Positions 32,385 to 64,000 of a stretch of 64,000 nt of DNA are shown one piece after another. Under the pieces are notes generated by a model, which was given only the letters and a program-made list of their open reading frames with translations, did no database searches and was not told the DNA's origin. Position 1 is the stretch's first letter. Every line of letters starts with the position of its first letter. The translations under genes and the position numbers were made by a program. Origin of the DNA: the human T2T-CHM13v2.0 reference genome, Homo sapiens; assembly GCF_009914755.1 (NCBI RefSeq), contig NC_060943.1. The stretch is one strand, 5' to 3'.

Positions 32385-33633
32385 TATTATTTAGCCTTAA
32401 GAAAGAAGAAAATCCTGTCCTTTGCAACACCAGGGGTGAACCTGGACCATGTTACATTAAGTGAAATAAGTCAGGCTCAGAAAGATATATACTGCATGAT
32501 CTCACTTTTAAGTGGAGTATAAAAAAGTTTAACTCACAAAAGCAAAGAGTAGAATGGGGGTTACCAGGAGTTGGTGGAGAGGGTGAGGAGATGTTGATCA
32601 AAGGATACAAAATGTCAGTTAGGAGGAATAAGTTCAGGAGATCTATTACATAAATGGGTGACTATAGTTAATAACAATGGATTGTGTTAACTATACATTA
32701 ATTGAAAAGCAATTACTTGAAATTTGCTAAATTTGAAAATTGCTAAGTGGTTTATGACTCCCACCTGGGGGTGAAGCAATGCTCCACAGCCACTGAAAGC
32801 AACCCTGCTCTCCTCAAGAGACCCCGCTGAGCATCTGCTGAAGACCCGGGCATTAGCCCCTCCTGCCTACCTCAGTCAGTGCCCACACACAATTGAGGGG
32901 TCTGAGGACAGGCCCACCTGATCCAGCTCCACCCCTCTAGTGCCCAAACATGTCATACGGGGGACTAGGTATCATCCTGCTCCATCCAACACCTTTGGCA
33001 GCTGAGTATCAAAGTACCAAAGTACTCGGCACCTGAGTACTCCTCCCAGGGAGGAGGTGGGCCCACCCAACCTGCCGCTACCACCATGGCTGGCACCCAC
33101 CTGCATGTGCCACCAGCAGGCCTGGTGACTGGCCTATCCAGCCCATTATACCACCAACCACAAAAGCATGGACCATTTTGGAGCTAGAGGATTATCCTGC
33201 CACAGCTACTGTTCATGCCATGTCCACCACGCAGGGGCCTGAGGTCCCACCTACCAGCCCAGCCCACCATTCCACTGTCAGAACCTGAGAAAGTCACCTG
33301 GAGGCCCAAGAATTGGCCCACCTAGATCCACTAACACCATTGCCAGTGTATGCTACCCTCAGACCCAAGGACAGGCATACTCACCATGCTGCTGCCACCC
33401 CTTGGCCCACCTAATGTCCCCATCTCAGAACAACTTTACCACGGCTTCCACTAACAACCACACCCTAAGCCAATGGGGAAATCACAGACACTACTGACAC
33501 TGTTTACAGAGGAAGAAATCGTATGGGAACCACACTAATGCGTGCACTCAGAGTCAAAGTCAAAGTGCCCAACCCAACCAACACCATAGGTACAACTTCA
33601 GGGAAAATGTCCTCCCCTATGAAAGCAGATTCA

Positions 33634-34075
<442 letters not shown>

Positions 34076-35150
34076 AAGAAGAGGAAGAAGAAATCCATAA
34101 AATGCCTTAAAATTCAAAAGAGTGATATTTAAAAAGCTCAGTGAAACACAAGAGAAGTAAAAAAAATACAAAAATGTCAGAAAATTCAGAATATGAATGA
34201 GAAATTTACCAAACAGATCACTATCATAGAAAAAAAGATCCAAACAAATTCTGGAACTGAAGAATTCATTGAATTAAATACAAAACAAATTCAAAAGCTT
34301 CAATGATACACTAGATAAAAAAAAATTAACAACTACATAACCTGAAGACAGGTCTTTTGAAATAACTCAGTCCAGAAAAAAATAAAAAAATAAGAAACAA
34401 TAAGCAAAGCATATCTGATATATAAAACATAAGAAAGCAACCAACTATTCAAATTTTGACTATCCCAGAAGGCAAAAAGGAAACAAAAGGGATAGAAAAC
34501 CTGTTTAATGAAATAATAGCTAAATTCTTCTAAAATCTATCAAGAGATTTAGATATCTAGATATACGAAGTTCAGAGACCCCTAGGTAGTTACAATGCAA
34601 AATGTTCTTCTCCATGGCACATTGTATTCAGATTGCTTAAAGTCAAAGATTAAGAGCAAATTCTAAAAACAGTGAGAAAAAAGCATTTAGCCATCTATAA
34701 AGGAGCCCATCAACAGTGGATTTGCAAGCAGAAACCTTACAAGCCAGGAGAAAATGGGATCATATATTCATTGAGCTGAGTTTTCGCTCGCTCTCCACCA
34801 CTGCTGAATGCCGCCTGCAGACGTGCCACTGACTTCCACCCGTCCGGATCCAGCATGGTGTCCACTGATAGAAAAAAACTATCTGCAAGATACTGTACCC
34901 AGAAAAGTTATACTTTGTAAATGAAAAGGAAATAAAGTCTTTCCCAAACAAATAAAAGCTGAGTAAATTTATCATCACTAAACCATACCTACAAGAAATG
35001 CTTAAAGGGATCTTACACATAGAAGCAAAAGGAGGATATCTACCATAAGGAAGCACACAAAATATAAAACCCATTGGTAGAGAAAACACACAAATGAGGA
35101 AGAGAATAGACTCAAATGGAAGCACAACAACAACAAAAAACCCACCAAAC

Positions 35151-37057
35151 TGTTACAGGAGGGTCTTTCTTTTTAGAGCTCCCAAGATGGTGATGGGCCG
35201 CTCCCAGATGGGGCAGGCCACTTCCAAGATGGCAGCAAGCCTTTTGTTCTCTGAGCTGGGGTTCTTGGCCTCATGGATTCCAAGGAATTGAACCCTGGGC
35301 CATGCAGTGAGTGTTATAGCTCTATTAGAAGCCATGGGTCATGGAAGAGAACCGTGGAACCCAGTGACTAGTGTTCAGCTCGATTAGAACAAACCCAGGC
35401 ACTTAGCCATGGAAGAACAGTGGTGAGCCTTTAGCCTGATTGGGAGCAGCAATGGGTGCCTTGCTGGGTCAGGAGTGCAGCGGACACCATGCTGGATCTG
35501 GAGGGGTGGAAGTCAGTGGCACATCGGCAGGCGGCATTCAGCAGTGGTGGACAGCGAGCAAAAGCTCAGCTCAAGCTGGAACAAACATGGACCAGAAGAG
35601 TGTGCATTGGCAAGATTTAATAGAGTGAAAACAGAGCTCCAATACAAAGAGAGGGGACCCAAAGGGGGTTGCCCACCCCTGGCTCCAATGCCTGGGGTTT
35701 ATATCCCAATCATTGTCCCTCTCCCTGTGCTCTCAGATGATAGATGATTTGACTATTTCTTTACCTCCTACTTTTAGCCTAATTGGTATTTTAGTGAGCC
35801 CTCTTTACTACCTGATTGGTCAGGTGTGAGCTGAGTTACAAGACCTTTGTTTAAAGGTGGGTGCAGTCACCTTCCCCAGCTAGGCTTAGGAACTCTTAGT
35901 CGGCCTAGGAAATCCAGCTAGTCCTGTCTCTCAGTACCCCCTCTCAACAGGAAAACCCAAGTGCTGTTGGGGAGGTTGGCCAACAACTGTACTAACTTCT
36001 TTCTGCTGAATGGGGGCATAATAGGGGTCATGCAGTTGAGATTTCCTCAGGAGGGATGTCTTTGATGTCATCAACATTGGAGCATGGGCTAGGAGGCAGA
36101 TCCAGGGGTCTGCCGTAGATCTTAGCCATGGACTGCACCTGGGGCTCCGTTTGAAGAACTATTTGTAGTTTTACAGCTTCAATTCTGGAAGAGACAAACT
36201 TAACAAGGAGGTTAAAGACACAGGGATTGAAATGTCTGGCCTGAAGTGCAGGGGATTATTTCTTTGGCACACTTCACAGGCCCTGACTACCTGCTTGATA
36301 GTTTTGAAAAGGCCTGGTCCAGCAAATAATGATTTGGCCATTGGATGGGTGCTATCAACGCCTAAATGAAAGGTTTGGTGAAGGGTTTTAAGTAATTTCC
36401 ATTGGTTAGCTGCAGGCAAAAGTATTTTTCCTTCTTTGGTGGCTAGACATCCTGAGGGGAGGGAACTATGTCCTTGTGAGGTACCCCATTCTATTTCTTC
36501 TGCTGAGCACTGGGGCTTGGTTTCCTGGAGGGGATTACCCCATACTAGGGTTCCTTCTATAAGCATTTCTAATGGAGGGTCCCGCCTTGTGGCTCTTTGG
36601 CTTCAATATCTGCTTGGTGGTTCCCTTCTATTTCCCTTTCCTTTCCTTTCTGATGACCCCAGCAGTGTAAGATGGCCACCTCTTTAGGTTTCCGTACAGC
36701 CCATAATAACTCATAATGGCTTCCTGATGTTTAATAGGTGTTCCCTCAGAAGTTAGGAATTCCATTTCTCACCATATTTTTGTGTAGGCATGGAGGAGAA
36801 GGTAAGCATAATTAGAGTGTTTATATATATTTACCCTTTTCCCTTCTCCTAATTCTAGTGTATCATGGCCCCTGCTTTTGCTAGGATGTCTCTCCCTAAC
36901 AAAGGAGTGGGGCTTTCAGGCATAATTAGAAAGGCATGTGAAAAGAGTAAAGTCCCCCAGTTACAACTTAGTGGCTGGGCGAAGTAACTAGTGACTGCTT
37001 GTCCTAGGACCCCTCGGATAGTAACAGATCTGGAAATCCAGCTAGTCCTGTCTCTCA
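35151..37057 (-). mobile_element. Collapsed HERV-W (HERV17/LTR17) provirus
   Basis: 3' LTR17 35151-35933 (TGAGAGACAGGACTAGCTGGATTTCC... on -); PPT; env-end, integrase (CEVCQRNN) and protease (PTPLLGRDIL) fragments; 26-bp 5' LTR stub 37032-37057; 4-bp TSD AAAC at 35147-35150 and 37058-37061. Confidence 0.9.
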
Positions 37058-37454
37058 AAACTACAATGATAAACAATAAGAGAAAAAGAAAGGAAGAAAG
37101 GATATACATACATAAAGAAGCCAACTAATAATATGACAGGATTAAGCTCTCACGTATCAATAATAACCTTGAATTAAATGGATTAAACTTTCCACTTAAA
37201 AGAAAGAGACTGGCTGAATGGATTTAAAAAGCATGACCCAGCTATATGCTGCCTACAAGAAACACATCTCACCAGGAAAGACATATATAGTGAAAGTAAA
37301 GAAATGAGAAAAGATATTCCATGCAAATAAAAACCAAAAGTGAGCAGCAATACCTATGTTTATAAAGGAAACAGACTTTAAGTCAAAAACTGTAAAAAGA
37401 GACAAAGAAGGTCAATACATAATGATAAAAGGATCAATCGAGCAAAGGATCCAT

Positions 37455-37914
37455 GAGGAAATTCCTGCCTAATAAATTTTGGTCAGACCGGTTGTCTGCT
37501 CTCAAACCTTGTCTCCTGATAAGATGTTATCAATGACAATGCTTGCCCGAAACTTCATTGCAATTTTAATTTCACCCCGGTCCTGTGGTCCTGTGATCTC
37601 GCCCTGCCTCCATTTGCCTTGTTATATCTTATTACCTTGTGAAGCATGTGATCTCTGTGACCTACACCCTATTCGTACACTCCCTCCCCTTTTGAAAATC
37701 ACTAATAAAAACTTTCTGGTTTTACGGCTCAGGGGGCATCATGGAACCTGCCGACATGTGATGTCTCCCCCGGACCCCCAGCTTTAAAATTTCTCTCTTT
37801 TGTGCTCTGTCCCTTTATTTCTCAGGCTGGCCGACACTTAGGGAGAACAGAAAAGAACCTACGTGGAATATTGGGGGTGAATTTTGCCCGATATCTGGCT
37901 GAATTTCCCCTGAT
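37455..37914 (+). mobile_element. MER11-like (HERV-K HML-8) LTR, partial
   Basis: AATAAA and terminal ...gaaaagaacctacgtggaatattggggg...cccctgata resemble MER11B/C (recall). Confidence 0.6.
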
Positions 37915-38234
37915 AATGCCACTCTCTATGTCCATGTGTACACATTGTTTAGCACCCACTTATGAATGAGAACATGTGATATTCACTTTCTGTGCCTGGC
38001 TTGTTTCACTTAAGATAATCCCCTCCAGTTGTATCCATGTTGCTATAAAAGACATTATTTTATTCCTTTTTATGGCTAAATAGTATTCAATGGTGTATAT
38101 ATACCACATTTTATTTAACCATTCATCTGTTGATTCCCTATTTTTGCTATTGTAAATAGCATTTGGACCACATTTCAAGTACTTAATTAGTGGCCACATG
38201 CAGCAAGTGACTATCACATTGGACAATGTAGCCC

Positions 38235-38365
38235 CAACCCACTGTATGACCTTGGGTAAGACTTGCAAACTGTCATTGCTTCAATATCTCCATCTATAAA
38301 ATGGGGATGGCAACAATACCTCACTAAGAGTGTAAAGACTGAGTTACTGTGTGTAAAGCACTTCA
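38235..38365 (+). mobile_element. MIR adjacent to PBREM
   Basis: ctgtatgaccttgggtaag...catctataaaatgggga...gtaaagcactt. Confidence 0.7.
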
Positions 38366-38452
38366 CGCCTCCCCATCGGTGCTTCACCCTGGGGCTGCAA
38401 TGAGCACCCAATCTTAGTGTCAGATGACACAGCACAGCAAGACCGAGGCCCT

Positions 38453-38503
38453 TGGTTCAGGAAAGTCCATGCTGCCACCTCTTCAGGGTCAGGAAAGTAC
38501 AGT
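38453..38503. promoter_or_regulatory. CYP2B6 PBREM (phenobarbital-responsive enhancer module; CAR/PXR-RXR DR4 sites)
   Basis: Two DR4 motifs GGTTCA-ggaa-AGTCCA (38454-38469) and GGGTCA-ggaa-AGTACA (38486-38501), 16-nt spacer, ~1.7 kb upstream of the ATG; matches the known 51-bp PBREM. Confidence 0.95.
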
Positions 38504-39269
38504 TTCCACCTCTTACAAATAGGACTGTTTGTCTGCTCCTCCTGGGTCAAAGTAACTTCGGGTTCAGGTCCTGGATCCAGCAAAGGGTTTGCTTAACATT
38601 GCAAGAAAGATGTTGCCTCATGGTCAAAAGTCAGGCGTAGGATGAGACAGGCAGACACGCACACATTCACACCCACGTTTTGCAAAGATGGACTGACCCT
38701 GTCAGAGGATGTGTGGGTGAAGGTGCACAGTGAGGATAGAGACATATGGGAGTCCAGCAGACATCAATCAAACTGGACTCAGTTTGCACACACCTGGAGC
38801 TCAAGAGTCTCCAGGGGGAAAACAGAGACACAAAGTCAGACAGAGAGAGAGCCAGAGAAATTTCCTGCACCGTGAAGATAGTCAGAGGCAGGGAAGAAAC
38901 TCCTTAGCACTAGTTAGAGTGATCAGAAACCAAGAGGACCTGATCGCTGTACCTGCCAGGTCTCAGTTTCTGTCTCCTTCCAACTGACCACCTCTTCCTC
39001 TGAGACTCACCAGTTCTGCATCTCTTGCTCCTCCTTCTGTTTCTCCGACCACTTCCACCTGTGGCTGTCACAGAAGGGCGGATGAAGGAGGGGACACTGG
39101 AGATAGACTCAGCATCTGCAGGCTTCCAAAGAGAGGGGCTAGGAGATCCACCAACACACCAGCACAAATACACCAGCACACACAGATACACACAATTGGT
39201 TCATGTATTGCTAGGTTACAGTTTGCTATGCTACAAAGGCAGTAGGCCAAATTTGATTGAATTGAATAA

Positions 39270-39614
<345 letters not shown>

Positions 39615-39949
39615 TGAACATGCACTACCACCACCTCCACAACACACAAATGTAAATGCACTTTCGTATATAAAACTGTATAAATACAAGGAAGCTCATA
39701 CACATGCAAGGATACACACATAAGCACCCCCAGATTCAACCACAGAAATATACGCCAGTACATTTGCATAAATTCAAACACCCCTTTACATGTAAAAATC
39801 ATATAAGCACATACAGGGATGCAAGCAGGCATGGACAAATGCATGCAAGCACAGACAAACAGACAAAGCTAAGTAAAAAAGTGCAAGCTCACCTATGCTT
39901 ACAAAAATAGACATACATATACCCACAAACCCACACACCCACACATTCA

Positions 39950-40214
39950 CTTGCTCACCTGGACTTTGATATCTCTACCACTGTATCCCTGCCAATATCT
40001 ACAGAGTGGGTAAAGGGATAGGCATCAGGTCACTGGGTTGCCCAAGCAGGAAGTCTGGGTTCCCTAACAACTTTTTCTAAGCTAATGCTCCTGGATGATG
40101 ATGAAAAAGGAGGTGGGGAATGGATGAAATTTTATAACAGGGTGCAGAGGCAGGGTCAGGATAAAAGGCCCAGTTGGAGGCTGCAGCAGGGTGCAGGGCA
40201 GTCAGACCAGGACC
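39950..40214 (+). promoter_or_regulatory. CYP2B6 proximal promoter
   Basis: TATA-like TTTATAA at 40131-40137 (-82 is T, so not the *22 variant); GATAAAA at 40160-40166; HNF4A-type CAAAGTCCA on the - strand at 39960-39968. Confidence 0.8.
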
Positions 40215-61723
<21,509 letters not shown>

Positions 61724-62637
61724 GTAAGCTGGACCCACAATTTCTTTCCCAGACACCAGAGGGCAGGTACTATCCTCAACTTGAGAAAAACAACGAGAGA
61801 TACTGATTATTTGAGCACTTAATATATTCTGATTGCTTCACCTGCCTTATCCCATTCCATCTTCACTACAACCCTATAAGGAGGCTTGAGAAAGAAGATT
61901 ACATTCCCAAAGGCACATCTTGGCAAGCAGGACCTTGGGCAAGTATTTTAACATCTCTAAACCTCAGTGAGTTCATTTTCTTAAAAAGAAAAAATCTGTT
62001 GGGCACCACTGTAAGCCCAGTGCTGTACTGGGGGCTGAAGATAATGCATCAAACAAGTCACACAGAGACAGGGTTCCTGCCCCAGGAAATTTAAAGTCCA
62101 GCAGGGAAGATGGGCATTCATCAAATAATAATAAAATAATCATCTCATGAAATGAATGAATGCCTGCAACATGCTTAGAACTGCCTGGCACAAAGGACAT
62201 GCTCACAAGGGCAATTATTATTATAATTAGACATAATTGTGATAAGTGCTCTAAAGGGAGCTTTGGGAGCACAAAATAGGAAATAGTAGCTAATCTTGTG
62301 GTGGGTCCGTAAGGAAAAGCTTACCAGAGGAACTGGCTTCCAAGCTAACATGTTCATGGGTGAGCATCAATCAACCATTGCAAAGTGTGTTCCAGGCAAA
62401 GGAAACAGCAAGGACAAAGGCCAAAGGTAGAAACGTGATATGGCACCATTGAGAACCTATAGGAAGTCCAGTGAGCCTTGGGTGTAGATTGCAGAAGGAA
62501 ATAAGACAAAGGGCTCATCTGGGCAGGACCTTGAAGGTTGCAGGAGGAGTTTGGATTTATGGTCTAGCACTGGGAAGGTGGAAAAGGTCTTGACGTGCTC
62601 TGACTTGTCCCAGTTCTCATCCTCTACTCTTTGGCTG

Positions 62638-63009
62638 GTTAAAAGAAAAACTTTAGACAAATTAAACTTAGCAGAGTCTATCTGAACAAAGAAACAATTC
62701 ATGAATTGGGCAGCACACGGAACCAGTAAAGGTTCAGAGAGCTCCATCCAGCAATGTGGTCAGGCACTATTTATCCACAGGGAAAGGAACTGAGGTACTG
62801 AAACAGCCTGATTGGTTACAGCTCTGTGTTTGCCTTATCTGAGCATGTCTGGGCAGCTTGTAGCCTGTGACTGGCTGAAGCTTGGCTGCCCTGATTGTCC
62901 AAGGTTACTTGTTACAAGAATATACTCTCAAGTTTGTTTACATGTTGAGTTACATTACAATTTGTTATGTAGGGAGGCTGCTTTAGGCCAAATTTAATTG
63001 AATTTAACA
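62638..63009 (-). mobile_element. MER57-like solo LTR in intron 8
   Basis: On - strand begins TGTTAAATTCAATTAAATTTGGCCTAAAGCAGCCTCC. Confidence 0.6.
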
Positions 63010-63166
63010 TGCACCATCCATGAAAGGCCCCAGAAACAAACCCCCAGTCTTGAGTTTCATCAGTGACTTCAGTGATCCAGGGTTTGGCCCAGCCCCCGGT
63101 TTTGCGCAGTACAGTGACCTCCTTCCACATTTTATCTTCAATGAAAATTGGGAACATGTGTGGTGA

Positions 63167-63512
<346 letters not shown>

Positions 63513-64000
63513 TGCTAATTTGTTTTAAGAGAGGCAGAGATGTAGGGAAATAAGGACAGAGACAGATAAGTAACAAAGATAATGAGACTGAGAAACAGAG
63601 TTAGGGACAAAGAGGGAACACATAGAGATAGAGATGGGGAGCCAGTGGCAGAAAGACAGAGGGCAAACCTCAGACAGTATACAGAGAGGAAGAGAGAGAG
63701 ACACAGAGAGAGAGAGAGTCACGTAAGGAGAAGGAGGAGGAGGAGGAATAAGAGGAGAGAGAGTAGGAAAAGGAAGGAGGAGGGGAGAAAGGAGGGAAAG
63801 GAGAGAAACAGAATAAGAGATAGGAAAAAGAGAGAGTGACATAAAACGAGAGGAAGAAAGAATGAACAAGACAAATAAGGTATCTTTAGAGGGAGATGAA
63901 AAGAAAGAATGAGAGAGAAAGAGATTGGGGAGAAATCAGATTCAAATAGATGGAGATAGGAAGTTAAGCAAGATGGAAGAAAGCCAAAAAAAGGAGAGGA

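Noticed and set aside
62822-62903. Possible cryptic exon in the intron 8 LTR
   Set aside because: Poor polypyrimidine tract and weak donor (gttact); unsupported from sequence alone.

Overview
Human genomic DNA from the CYP2ABFGST cluster on chr19q13.2. The window holds about 40 kb of upstream sequence plus exons 1-8 of CYP2B6 on the + strand (ATG at 40215; exon 9 lies beyond the window). The allele carries c.516G>T (Q172H) and c.785A>G (K262R), i.e. a CYP2B6*6-type haplotype, and Arg378 is intact, so it is not the CYP2B7P pseudogene. Both CAR/PXR enhancers are visible: the PBREM (38453-38503) and the distal XREM (31642-31689). The upstream region is mostly transposons: a pol-deleted HERV-K (LTR14-type) provirus, a full-length L1 carrying a nested SVA and a nested younger L1, a complete THE1 element, a collapsed HERV-W provirus, MER11, and many Alu/MIR/L1M copies. 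The less expected observations are these. (1) PBREM and XREM appear to be two copies of one ancient ~0.6-0.75 kb duplicated enhancer block, separated almost entirely by transposon sequence. (2) A decayed CYP2G-like exon 3 sits at ~11.0 kb. (3) Intron 3 has a poison exon, and 516G>T destroys a cryptic AG in exon 4. (4) Inverted Alus bracket exons 4-6. (5) Several short insertions appear copied from nearby sequence. I see no new protein-coding system; most listed ORFs are repeat artefacts. Repeat subfamily names and literature links are from recall, not from searches.
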